Assembly: GCA_001643675.2 (NCBI GenBank)
Contig: LSRY02000004.1
Span: forward strand, 248,001 to 312,000
Length of the DNA: 64,000 nt
DNA from: Monocercomonoides exilis PA203
Taxonomy: Eukaryota > Protista > Preaxostyla
Direction: 5' to 3'
Part shown: in pieces, positions 33,481 to 46,600 of the stretch
Layout: each line of letters opens with the position of its first letter
Position numbering within the stretch: position 1 is the first letter of the stretch
Notes under the pieces: model-generated
Told to the model about the DNA's origin: nothing
What the model saw: only the letters and a program-made list of their open reading frames with translations
Database searches by the model: none
Translations under genes and position numbers: made by a program

Positions 33481-35840
33481 AAAACACTCAACTCCGACTC
33501 TCTGCCACAAAAAATATTCCTCTTCCATCTCCTCTCTGCACCATATCCCTCCTGTGCAGGGCGTTGATGAGAGTAACAAAAAATACGACTTTGTATGGTT
33601 GAGAATATTATTAAAGGAGATGATCATGACAAAAACAGAAAAAACATGACTGGACATCCACCACAATGTGTACAGGGTGAGAAGACCCTCCAGTGAGATA
33701 TACAATGCTTTTTGTGGAGAAGGATGCAATGCTGTATTCAACTATTCTGAAACTGAAATGAAGAGATTGGATTTTTGAATGATGATGGCTGTGGAGATAT
33801 GCATTCTGGCAAAATACAGTCGAAGAGCAGTTTGATATATATATATATATTTCTTTATATATATATTAGCCTTTTGATGTTTTTTGTGTTCCTTTCAGAG
33901 CAACAGGCGGAAATGAATGAAAATGAATGAAATCTGGATATCTCGTTATACAGTCTGACTATCAAGTTGGGAGTGCGAATCCATATGGAAAGTGCCCAGG
34001 GTGAAGTGATTGGGAAGGAAATTGGAGATGATATTTTCAGGTGTAAAAAAAGATTCATTGAATTGAGAAATAATATATTTGATAGAAAAGGAAAATTTCA
34101 CATTTTTCAGAAGAGCAAGAAATCGCTGTATTTTATGGAGAAACAACTGATGGAAATGACGATTGCTGAATTTGCTGTTGAAACACTCATTAATTGATTG
34201 GTTTCATTTAATATTTATCGATTTCAACTAATCTTATTCTATTCTTTTTCAATAGCATTATTTAACTGTCTTTAACTTAAGATATTGATTTATGTCGTTA
34301 TTGTGATTATTGTTATCATATTTTTAAAACCAGAAAACTTTTTATTTTTTCTGTTCATTGAAGTTTCGATTATTTTTTGGAAAAAATTTTTATTTTTTAT
34401 CAAATATGAAGCAAAACCAAATTAAAAACAAATTGAAATCAACAAATAATAAATAATTAGAATATATGAAACAATTTTTTCGTATAATTTTTGAAAAATA
34501 TTTTCTAATCAACCACACCCTTAACGAAATAATTTTTTGATCAAACGTCGGAATTTTTTATGATATCAAAAAAAATCACACATATTCAATGTGAATTCTC
34601 AAGCAAAAACATTTGATTGAGAAAATATGGATTAAAAATTATCATCCATATTATGGAAAAGTTTATTTGATAAAAGAGAAGATTTGAACAGAAAAATTTT
34701 GGGAAGAATTTTTGTTAATTTTTTCGCACATTTCTCTCAAAAAAGAGACAGTTTGCTTTTTTCGAAACATCAATTCAATGAAAAAAATTGCTTCTGAACA
34801 ATTCACTATACAACAATTTTATTCTGTTGCTTTTGTTTCACTTCAAAAAATTTCAAATTGATGATGTTTATGACTTTTAATTTAACAGGAAGTAATATTT
34901 TTTCGGTTCTTTCAAACAGTCATTGCAAAAGAAAAATGAGCAGATAGAAAATATTTTGTTTCAAAATTTCTGTATTGTTCAAAAGACATTTATTGTGCTA
35001 AATGAAAACAGGACACAAACAAGTTCAATATATAAGTCATTCTTTTTGAAAAGTCGCGAACGTTTTATTCACAAATTAATCAATATTTTCATATATTGCA
35101 CAAGTTTCTGTTTCCACTCACGAATCTTCTTTTGAATGAATGAAATATCATTATCCAAAAATAGATTCCATATAAGAATTGTCTGGAGCATTCTGACAGA
35201 TATTTATGCAAAATATGAAATTTTTGATTTATTTGAAAATTAAACATTTGCATCTTTTCTTAAATTATTTCCCTTATTCAAAAAAAAAAAAAAATAAAAA
35301 CTATTATAATTCGAGTGAAAGTGGATACTCTTTTTCGAGAGTTTGTGACAAGTGAAACTTTGTCCATTTTGCGACAATGGAGTGGATAAATTCTGGTTTA
35401 AATTTTTGTTGTTGAAAAGATGAAATCGATTTTTTTTTCACATTAAGAAATAAACTATTTTTTTCCTTCCTTGAAAAATAATGAAACCCTTGCTTCTTGA
35501 ATTAAATCATAATCTGGGAAATTGCTTTTGACTTTATTTTTTTCTTTTTTTAAATATAGATTTGAGAATTTGAAAGCAAATTAAAAAGATTATCTTCTTT
35601 GAAAAAAAAAAAAATAAAAATGAAATAGAAAATGAATGTGAAAACGAAAATGTAATTATAATATTCATCCATAAAAATTTACCTTTCTGTTAAATCAAAC
35701 AAAAATATATATATATATATATATTTAAACGGAATTCTATCAAGATTCTCAATATGAAATCCAAAAACCTTTTAAAAATTTATATATTCAAACTACCAGT
35801 TTTCCTCATTAACAATTTTCATGAAAAATAATCTTTTTTT

Positions 35841-38800
35841 TCAAGAAGAACGGAAACGCTTTCCGTCTCTTGAATAAGAGCTTTTTTGTTTTGAACTTTC
35901 CCAAAATGGATCATTTTCATCATTGTATTCATCATCTTCTCGATCATTCTGAGATATAATTTTGTATTGTGCACTTGTTGCCTTCACATTATTCCTTTCC
36001 TTATTCGAACCAAACTGCTCGTATTCATCATCAAAGAGAGTGTTTTCGTCTCCACCTCTTTTGAGCATCCAGCCTGATGAAGAAGGAGATGACGAAGTAT
36101 CAAATGAATTCATTCTGTTTGCAGAGAACACCATTTGTTTCAAGTTGTTTTGTGCAGATGAATGTGTTGCATAAGCTTGAAAATGTTTGCGTTTCGATCG
36201 AGAAATAGCCCTTTCACTCGGAAATGAATCCGTTCCGCTGTATTCTTGTTCATTCGCTTCTGACTCGTTTCCATCTCCTTTTCCTTCTTGTTCATTCAAC
36301 TGTTCTTTTTGATCGTCTTCAGGCCGCTTTATTTCTGCCACGTCTCTCAAAAACTCCTCCGCATCTTGCCTTCTTAATGCCTTTTTCACTACTGCCTCAA
36401 TGTCGATATGAGCAACTTCCTTTACGAAAGCTATGCGTGGAGACGAGAAAGAGGCAGATGGAGATGAGGACAATGATGGTGATAGTGAAGATGGAATTGA
36501 AGACTTCGCATAATTTTGTGGTGAAGATGATTGAAGTGAAGGTGAAACAGAATTTTGTGGGGAAGGTGAGAGTGAGCGTTGTGAATTTAAGCTTGAAGTG
36601 AAAGAAGATGACTGAGGCTGTTTTAATTGAGAAGACGATGAAAATGGAGAAGGAGGTGGCTGAGGAAGTACTTTCCGAAATCGCTTTCCTGAATAGGAGG
36701 CATAAGGATCTTCAGAGATGCTTGAATTCGAAGAAAGACCAGCGACACCAGATGCTTGTGAGCTTTGTGAATTATTAACCATTCCGTTCGCATTCGAAGA
36801 AGGGGCTGTGCTTGTGTTGCGTGCTGATTGGGAGTCGTAGTTCAACCCAGCACGTGTGATGGGTTGACACATCCTTTCCTTGATGGAGAAAAACGCAATA
36901 GTCTGCTTCGTCTCAATCTCATGCTTGCCTTTCGACCTGTGCTGGCCACTTCCAGAAGCTCCGCTGGATCTGTGGTGGCGCGAGCGATGCGATCTCTGCG
37001 AATTTTCTGTCATCGGAGGAATGGCTGCAGAGAGAGATGATGGCAGAGAAGAAGACAGAAACGAATGATGCCCAGAGCCAGAAGAAGAGCTAACTGGCCC
37101 GCTGCTCAGCTTCATCAGATTTCTTGTTGACAGAAGTGAATTCTTTCTCGTCACACGCTTCGATGCATTCCCAATTGCAGTGCCTTCGTCTTCTTCCTCT
37201 GGGAAATGAATTTCTCCTTCGTCGATATCTTCACTGCTATAATCATCGCTGCTATCAGAACTTTCATTGTTGGCTGATTCAACCGATGGCTCAACATAAT
37301 CCTTATCTTTGGCATCTTCCTCTTCTTCGTCCATCAAATTTGCAGTCTTTCCTTTCAACTTTGTTTGAAGCACAATTTTTTTGGCTTTTGAATCTTGAGA
37401 CGATGAAGCAACTGAATTGTCTTCACCTGCACCATTTTCAGAGTACTCTTTATTTCCCACCTTTTGATCCATCGCTTCGCCGCTCTCCTCCATATTCATG
37501 CCTTTGCTATTATCGTCTGGCTTTTCATCGAATTCACTTCCATCCTCCCATTCGTCCATTGACTTTCCACGGCTTCTCGATCGGCTTTTCCTTTTCTCCT
37601 GCTGTTCTGAGGACGCACTGCGATCTCTAAGTCTAGTTCTGTATTTTCGCGTTCCGTCTTCTTCTTCTTCGGTAACTTCGCCCACAACAGCCATTGCCTT
37701 TTCTCTCAACTTCTTCAGCCCATCAATTTCATCATCTTCCTCTTCATTGCTCTCTGTTCGACCACCAAGTGCATCGCCGATTGCGTCTGGGCTGTGCGAA
37801 AGTGGACGTTGCATCAGTTCAACAAGTGTCTTTCCTTGAGTCATTCCAGTTGGCAGGATGCTTCTGTGCAGCTGCGACGAGAGAAATGTTGATGTGATAG
37901 ATGATTGAAATGCTGAAGAGGTAGATGAACTTGATGCTCCTGGCAGTTGGGTTGTGTTCTGTCCTTGCTTGTTTTTTGTTTCCTTCAGTTTGACTGTGGG
38001 CAGCGTGAAGAGAGGAGTGTGCAGGGCGCTTAGAAAACTACTTGTTGAATCACTGCTCTGAATGGGTTTTGCTGTGATTGTGGGAAGTTTGCTAGATTGC
38101 TGTTCGCTTTGAATCATTTTTTCATCCTTTTCATTGTCAGAACCTTCAGATGATAAGCGAGATAATCCATTAAGCTGCTCATCAGAAGTCTCTCTATGCG
38201 TCTCCAATCCTCTGCTCAATCGCTTCTCTGTTCTTTGGTCATTCGCATCCAAGTCGAATTTCTCCTCGAGTCTGTCCATTTTACTTTCAAGAGTGTCGAG
38301 CTCTTCCTTTGCTTTCTCAACCTCTCTCTTTTCTTCTCTCCACCGCCCTGCCAGATACCTCTGGAATCCAACATCAAGCAATGCGCCGGGGATCTCAAAT
38401 GATTCATACACAGGAATGCCCATCTCCTCAATCGCACTCACCAGCAGCTTCTCGTCGCTCTCTTCTTCATCCTCCTTTTCTTGATGCATCCCCGTTTCTG
38501 TGCCTGCTATCTGCCGCGTGTGAATGATGATATGACTACCATAAGATTTGCGGAATGATGCAAGCAGTGATGTTGTTGTTGGAGCCGTTGCAGCTGTTAA
38601 AGACGTAACACCAGATAACGAGGCTGTTGAAGAAGTTGCAATATCTTCCGTTCCATTGGACAATGTGCGTGCTTGGGTTGAAATTGATTGAGCCGCTGTA
38701 GTCAGTCCTTTTCCACTCTTCTTTGCCCCTCCTGTCAAAACAGATCCCCCTTTCAGTTCTCTTCCCATCTGCAGAAACACATCAGGAAGCACTTCGCCAA

Positions 38801-39682
38801 CGCCCCCAGCTGCAACAACAATTCCAATGAATGTGTTGTATATATTCTTTTCCAGAAACAAAAAGCGCATTCCTGCGAACAAAGTTGATCTTCGTGGATC
38901 TGGGTAGATGGCAGCTGAAGTTGAATGGATCGTTTCGTCCACTTCAGGTAAAAAATCAATCACCCGAGGAAGACGTGAATAAGCAGCTTGAAAGACCTGC
39001 TCGGACATCCCTTGCAAAACCTCGTGCGATAAACTTGGCATTTGATTTTGCACCGAATCCGTAGCAGAAGTAGATACAGGAGGTTCAACGGGAATTGATG
39101 AAAGTGAAATGATAAAATTTGGATAGATGATTGGTCTTGCATCTATAAGCGCAAGTCCAAGCTTTTCAGTAAACGATGCTCTGGTCATAACCAAATGAGT
39201 ACACTTTTTGGTCCATATTGGTGAAATATGGCCCAATAATGCAATTTTTTCTGTTAATGAAGCAACTTCAGAACGCGGAACTGATGAAAAACAAAACACT
39301 AAAGGAAAATATTCTAGGACAAATGACACTTTATGAGCAGCAAAAAGCAACGTGCTTCCAACTGCAAGCTGAACAGGTTCGTTTTTTTTAATTGTAACTC
39401 CATTAACTCTTGTTCCAAATCGCGAAACATCAACAATTGAAACTGTTGGTTGAATAGATAAATTGCTTATGTCAGATTGTTGTAAAGGTGAAACAAATAA
39501 CTGTGCTTGATCTGAAGAAAATATTTCACTTTAAAATAAAATATTGAATTTTTCAAACTTCTTGACACAGAACCATCTCGTAAAGATATGTCGCATCCAA
39601 CCCTACCGATCGTTATATTAGGTTTGTTGAGAAAATAAATGCGTTCTCCTGTTGGATCATTTACAGAACGCAGAATAAGCAT
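35841..39682 (-). CDS. NBS1: Nibrin/Nbs1 (MRN complex subunit), ~1264 aa
   Basis: Exons 39682-39559 and 39511-35841 with a 47-nt GT-AG intron. FHA domain (TIGRVGCDISLRDGSVSRNQA...DVSRFGTRVNG), BRCT1 (WTKKCTHLVM...KLGLALIDARPIIYPNF), BRCT2 (PRRSTLFAGMRFLFL...VVAAGG), Mre11-binding-like KRFRK and an acidic C-terminus with aromatic residues. The FHA-BRCT-BRCT order is diagnostic for Nbs1. Confidence 0.88.
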
Positions 39683-40295
39683 TACAAGCAATCATGATGG
39701 GATGATCATTTGTTTTTTATTTATCAACAAAACGTGATACGAATTAAAACAATGCATCAACACAATATAAAAAAGTCAATGAATTGTATAAATGTTGTGC
39801 AAAAGGTGTAAAACTAAGGAAAATTAAATTGAAAAAAACTATTTAAACAAATCAAGTAACAAAGAAGTAACAAAAACAATTGTGAAGTGTAATATCGAAA
39901 AAAATAAATCAAATAGTGAAATAATAAAATGACATTTTATGAAGAAATTTGCATGCGCATCATGATGTGAGTTACCAATCAAAAGATAATAAATAACATT
40001 TGATCAAATTGATATAAAACTTTGACAACTATTTCAAATCATTGAAAATATTCGAAACAAATGAAACAGATTTCAGTCAACTATAAAGAAGCAATTCATA
40101 CTCGACCTTCACTGAATGTGATTAACAAAAGTTAAAGTTAGCAATATAAAAACAAAAATAGAAGCTTTATCATTCAACTTACAAGAAATTGTCCATTTAT
40201 AGCAAACTATGGTTGAAAAAATAAAATAAAAATAAAAATAAATAAGAAATAAATCCACTCATAACACTATGCTGAAAGTTCAAAAGTTCAGAATT

Positions 40296-43200
40296 CTACG
40301 AGCTCTTTCTGAGGATCAAAGGGCCCGTCTGGCTCTGTCCGTGCGACGGCTGGCTGCTCTGCATCATCCTCGCCCTGTGCATCATCTGCGCATTCCTCAG
40401 CTCTGTGTACACACGCTTCATCTCATCCACCGAGTCAAACAGGAACGAGCAGCTGAAGTACTGGAAGCGCGCCTGCTGCCCTGGATACGATCCCATCGCA
40501 CCCAGATCGGAGTCTGTCTGCTGCACAAACACCGAAAAGCGCAGCACACCAAAGTCGCTGTCATCTCCTCCTCCTCCTCCCCCTCCTCCGCTGCGTGTGG
40601 ATGAGCTGGGAGTCTCGAGAATCATCGCATCGATGCTGTCAACATAGTCAAAGGGCATCACAGCACCATACCTCCGCATCTCTTCATCGTCGATCACTGC
40701 TATGAACAGAATGTCGTTGAACACAAACAGCTGCGCCTGGCAGCCAGACTGCTCAGAAATCGCTCGCTTTTCCAGCGTCTGCATCTGCTTCGCATGAAAC
40801 TTCGCACGCGCTTTCTTGCAGGCCAAGTGTTTTGCATCCAGCACACTCGAGTGGATGAAGTATGTCTGCTTGGCAGGTGCAGCAGAGCTGGAAGAAGAAG
40901 AAGAAGAAGAAGCACTTTGAGAATCGTCCAAGTTGTGTGGAATGGGCAGATCAGACAGCGTCTCAAAGTCGAGCACATTCTCATCCACAATCGACGCAAT
41001 CAGCTTCGCTTTGCCTTCTGCCACGAAGAAGCGCGTGGGAACAATCAGCTTCCTGGCATCTGCCGAGTCGCCTTCAAGTGACTCTGCAATCAGAACAACT
41101 CTTCTCTTCGCATTCGATGCCTTCACCCGCTCTTCCACTTCCACACACAACCTGTCCAGTGCGTGCTTCGCCTCCTCCAGCTGCTTCAGCTCGCTGCCTG
41201 GCCCGCCTCCGTCTTCAGCCTCCATCGACTTTGGTGTGGTGGTGATAAGCACAAACAGCTGCATCGGGTAGATCGGAAGGCGGTTGTACGGCAGCTCCAG
41301 CAGCGTCTGGAACGGGTAGCCCTGTGCCTGCGGTGAGTCCTCTCCTTTCTGAATGACTGTCTGGAACCAGCTGTGCTGATCAAGCAGATACTCCACTTTC
41401 TCCCTCCGCTCGTCCATCTTAGAGAGGAAGTTCGAATAGACACGAAGGGCAGCAGAGAACGTCTTGAACACTTTGCCCATCCCTGTCCCGCGGCCACCCC
41501 CACCTTTCGACTCCTTTTTCAAAGAGTCCAGAAGCATCACGTGTGTGTTCAGGATGGTTTCTATCTCTCCAAACACAATCTTCACATCTTCGCTCAAGTC
41601 AGATTCTTCCTCTTTCTCCGCTTTCCCTTCATCATTCCCTTTCTTTTTGCTCTTCTCCTTCTCCCTCTGCTTTTCTTCTTTCTTCTTCATCACCTCCACT
41701 TTCTCAAGCACAGGCTTCTTGAACTCCTGCACAATGCACCGCAGCAGCGACACATAGTTTGTCTCGTTCTGGATGATGTCACTCACCACCGCCTTTCTCT
41801 TCTCCATCTTCGCTGCATCGTCCCCACCTGCCCCGACATCTGTGCCCACATCCATCTCCACCGCCACCCGCTCTGCCTCTGCTCTTCTGTTCCCTGACCG
41901 CGTCGAATTCACCTCTTCCTCCAGCTCCAGGTCGATCTTCTTCGCCATCACTGCTTCTGCTGCTGCCTCGCTCTCTCTACCTGACGCCTTCTTCCCAGCA
42001 GCCACTGCCATCCGCTCTCTCCGCTCCCTCAGCTCATTCCCTGTCTCTTCGATGTATCTGGCCATTTCTGTGCAGCTCGACGGATCGTCAAAGCGGAAGA
42101 TTAGCAGCACACGTGTCAGATTGTCGAGCTCTGTGTCTGTCAGCCGGGCGAAGTCAGGCATCAGATCGTTCTTGCCAGGCTGCAGCGATTTATATCCCAC
42201 AGGAATCGAAAGAACCAGGCGCAGTTCTGTTCGAGCCTCTGAATCAGAAGAAGATGATGATGAGGAAGAGGAAGAAGAGGAGGAAGATGCAGACGAAGAC
42301 GAGGCAGGGGCTGCAGCTTCCACAGACTGAATAACATGAAGGGGATACAATTCACCGAACAGTCGCTTTCCCTTTTCGATGGTTGCATAGAAAATGCTAT
42401 CAGAGAAGATAAACACTTGAACAGGTCTGTTCAGTTCGAACACTCTGTTTAAAGTGCTTTGAGAGTCCTTTTTCTTTCCCTTGTCCTTTGAATTCGCTCC
42501 CAAATCAACCAATGAACCTAATTCATTTCCATGTCTGTCAACTTCCATGGTCTTCACATGAATACCTGCACTTTCATAAACATAACGTCGAGATGGAATA
42601 ACGAGTTGTTGCTTTTCTGTAAGATTAGCAATTGAATCGCGAACTGCAATAACACGCTGACCAAGATCTACATGCTTCTTTGCGTCATCAACAGCCGATG
42701 AAACCTCTTTTATCTTCTGCATTGCAATTTCTAATTGAGGTTTTTCAGGATCATCATCAAGTGTATTTTTTATCATTTCTCTAAGCAACAATTCGTATCT
42801 AGGGATTCTTTGAACAGGAAGCACAAGGAATGTCGGAAACATATAACCTTTGCAACGAGGATTTTTAACTGTATTATTAATAAACTGCATAAACTGCTTA
42901 TTCACTTTCATAAGCTCCTTATATCGATCTTGTGCATTTTTAACATTATAAATATACGGAGAGTAACACTTCAAATAAGAAGCCATTGCAAGAAACACTT
43001 TGCCAAATCCAACTCCTCCATTGTCCAGACAAGACTTCAAATCATCAAAAAGAAGTTTGTTTGTTTGGAGAATTGTATCTAAATCTGAAAATAGAATACG
43101 CAAATCCTTCAAATTTAAGTGTAAATTTTTTGTACGCATTGGTTTTTCAAATAACTAATAACAAGTCAAAATGTTTTCATAAAATAATTGTAACAAAAAA

Positions 43201-43431
43201 ATTAGCATTAAAAACTCAAACTTCAACAAGAGTTGTTAGTTGTTCGATATAAGTTTTTTCAGTTGCCACTATTTCTTGTGCAACTAATTTTCTAAAGCGC
43301 TTCTTTTTTTCGATCGGATCCTCCTTTTTTGTTTGTCCCGATTGAGTCTTTTCAGGTTTAGGAGGTTGTTGCGGAGCACTATGTTCTTCCTCTTCATTGT
43401 GACTTTCGTCTTCAACTCTTGGCTCGCTCAT
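40296..43431 (-). CDS. Dbl-family RhoGEF with two tandem DH-PH units (~1022 aa)
   Basis: Exons 43431-43222 and 43154-40296 with a 67-nt intron. DH1: RKLVAQEIVATEKTYIEQL...FLVLPVQRIPRYELLLREMIKNT. DH2: RKAVVSDIIQNETNYVSLL...LLELPYNRLPIYPMQL. Each is followed by a PH-like segment (PSRRYVYE...VFIFSDSIF; PTRFFVAEG...LFVFNDILF). Confidence 0.92.
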
Positions 43432-43605
43432 TGCACCTCACTTCAAAATATAGAACTTGATTGAGAATGGTTAAAGATCAACAAAAAAAGTGATTTAAAT
43501 ATTTTGAAAACAAGTATTAATATTGTCCATAACGTTTCAATAACTATTCTTGGAACAAAATTGATATCAAGTGTTCGTACCTTAATTAGTGATGTTTCTC
43601 AAGAA
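43432..43605. promoter_or_regulatory. Probable compact bidirectional promoter (RhoGEF / STRIP)
   Basis: Only 174 bp separate the divergent start codons at 43431 and 43606. No specific motif identified. Confidence 0.45.
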
Positions 43606-46600
43606 ATGATACCAGAGAAGGTTTCAGAAATATATTTTTTGAATTTTCCGATTTTACCTTTGTGGATAATTTAGGGGATTACAAAATATGATTTTGAATA
43701 TGCAGATGAGCAGGATCATTGGTCAGAAACAACTCATATGTTTTTTCCAGGGGATGCTGACTTCCTGCTGGGAACTTATTATCTTTTAGAAGAAAATCCC
43801 AGTTTAATTTTTTATTTATTAACTATTTTTATTAGTATTTAACCTTGTTTGATTGAAATTAAAATGATATCAATGAATTTTTCAGATATAAAATTTGATT
43901 CTTCCCTTTCTGTAGAATGCTTGACAAATCTGGTTAATCATATACTTGAAAACATTGAGCACGGTTCATTTGAAATGCGACTCAAATACTCTGCAATGCT
44001 ACTTTCGCTTTCGACTGGAGTTCCACAAATATCTTTAAATCAATTGAGGCAGCCTACGGATACCCCAGAAACATTTTACCCATTTTTGTCAGAAGCTCAT
44101 CTTAAGCAAACACCTCCGCTTTTTGGAAACCCTTCTATTTGTTTTTCGAGGAAAATTGCACGAGTGACAAATCATATTCTTTTTTCACTCAGGGGTTATT
44201 CTGTAATTATTTCACTTTTAATATGGACATCATCGGAATATCTCCATTTCCCTATCAATGAGGCTCGCCATTCAAAGAGACGTTTATGCTTGATCAGAAA
44301 GCATCGGAAATTCCAAAGGCAATTCGAAGAGCAGCACGATCCATTTCTTTCATCAAATTGCGTTGCACAGAGCGTTGTTGAAGATCTGAAGAATCGCGTT
44401 TTATTTACGCAGTGCCCTCATTGCATGCATCATTTGCTAGTTATTACTCTGCAATTGCTCTTCAATTTCATGATGTTCAACAAATACAAACCAGAGTTAT
44501 TCCTTTTTTTGAACATCCGATTGAAACGCTCGCCACAAAGTTTGACTCATCCAACTTTATCTCCATTGCAGCCAAAAACAATCCAAAGCGATGCAGCTCT
44601 TCTTCCAGACAGGCTCATTTTCGACGAAGAGAGCGACAGCGAAGACGACGACGAGACAAGCGAAAACCAAAAGGGAAGCGAAGATTCTGCTTCGTCATTC
44701 ACATCCTCCAATACTTCATCTGGCCATTCGTCTCCGCTGATGATAAGCACAGACATCCAAATTTCTGCTCGTTCTACCTCTCCCCCTGGCTCCACACACA
44801 TCTCTTCCTCTCTCTCTGCCTCTCGTCTGTCTCCAATGGCAGCAGCTTCATTAAACTCCTCCTCCTCCTCCTCCTCTTCATTATCATCATCCTCTTCCTC
44901 TTCTTCTTCTTCCCGCCCTGAGCGCAGCAGAGACATAAGCACCTCCTCTGACCCATCTGCTGTGGACATCTACGCCTCTCTCTCTGTCTTCCTCTTCTCT
45001 CTCTTCTCACACGTTGTCACATTAGCCAACGCTGACCAGAGCAGATGCTCTTTATATCGCCCATCTTCACCCACTGCTTCCATGTCGATGTCTTCCTCGC
45101 CTGCTTCGTCTCCTGTTCAGAACTCTTCTCTCTCTGCTTCTGCTTCTTCCTCTTCTTCTTCCCCTGCTTCTCCTTCCATGTCATCTTCCTCCTCCTCCTC
45201 CTCTTCTTCTTCTTCGATGTCCTCTTCCTCCTCATCCAACATCCAACTCCACAACTCCCTCAGAAGCCGTTCGCGAGGCCTTTCTTCGTCTTCTTCGATG
45301 TCCAACGCTGTTTTTGGGAGCCCCTCTGCCTCAGACACAGCAAGTGCTGGCTCTTCTTCGTCTGGCTCCTCTGCCAGCTTGTCTTCGATGAACAACTCGA
45401 TGAATGCGCAGCTGTCTTCTTCGTCTTCTGGCTCCTTCGGCTCTGCCAGCCCGATCAACTACATTCCCCTCACTCCCTTCCAGAAGCTGATTGTTGTGCT
45501 GTGGAAGACGCTGCTCTTCTCCCTCACCCCTCAACGAGGAGGAGTGCTGGAGCAGTCGAACCTCCGCTTCAGCACACACTCAGCCATCGAAGAGCTGACA
45601 GAGCCTGTGAAAAGCAAGAGCAAGAGAAGAAGAAAGCGGAGGATGAGAAGAAGAAGGAGCGAGAGAAGGAAGAGGAAAGCAGCGATGCACAAAGAGGGAG
45701 ACAGCGATGGAGATGCACTGACAGAGGAAGTGGATGAGGATGAGGATGAGGATGATGAATACAGCAGGAGCAGTTCTGAGAGAGATGAAAGAGAAAGAGG
45801 CAAAGGAAGAGAGAAAGAGAGTGAGAGTGAGAGTGACAGTGTCAGTTCAGAGCAGCTGCAGGAGTGGGCAGACGATGACACAGACACCTCTCTGGATGAC
45901 ACACACACACAGACAGTCACATTTGTGCCTGCCAGAGACTTCATCCGACTGGACACTGAACAACAAGACGGAACACTGCAAGAAGAGGAATTGGAAGACG
46001 AGAACGACTTTTTGGATAGGATTCCTGATGAGCCACTGCCAAAGGACGAGAAAAAGAAGACAGACAAGAAGAGTGGGAAAGAAAGAGAGGGAGAAAGCAG
46101 CACAACACGAACAGACTCATCTTCATCATCTTCTTCTGCTTCAAATGCTTCGAGCAATCTGTCATCTTCAGCAGGAACAAGTCCCCGTGACTCTCCTCTC
46201 CGCAGGCGACGAGGTCAGACTCTTCCTCATCCCTCTCATCGTCTGACCACACAAGGCTCCATTGAACATCACAGCACGCCTCTTCTTCTGCCTCCCTCTG
46301 CCTCTTCATCTGTCTCTGTCTCTATGTCTATGCCCATGTCTATGTCCATGCCATCAAAAGTAGCTCAGTCAGCCTCACTGAATTCTGCCTTTGTTAACCC
46401 CCAGGCAGCTGACATGGGGCTGAGCCAGTCTTCCTCTGCTTCAGCTGTGCCTGACGGGCAGAGCTGCCCCGACGACCACAAGTCGCTCACCACACTCGCC
46501 CAGTCGATTGCAGAGGAGCCTGTTGCCATCTGCTCTTCCCGCACTCACTCCCTCCTCGCCCGCCGCTCCGCCTTCGACAACTCCCACAGACACACCCAGC

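Noticed and set aside
33560-34197. Plus-strand coding-like remnants considered as a retroelement or tyrosine recombinase fragment
   Set aside because: No RT (YxDD), RNase H or R-H-R-Y motifs could be identified; left unassigned.
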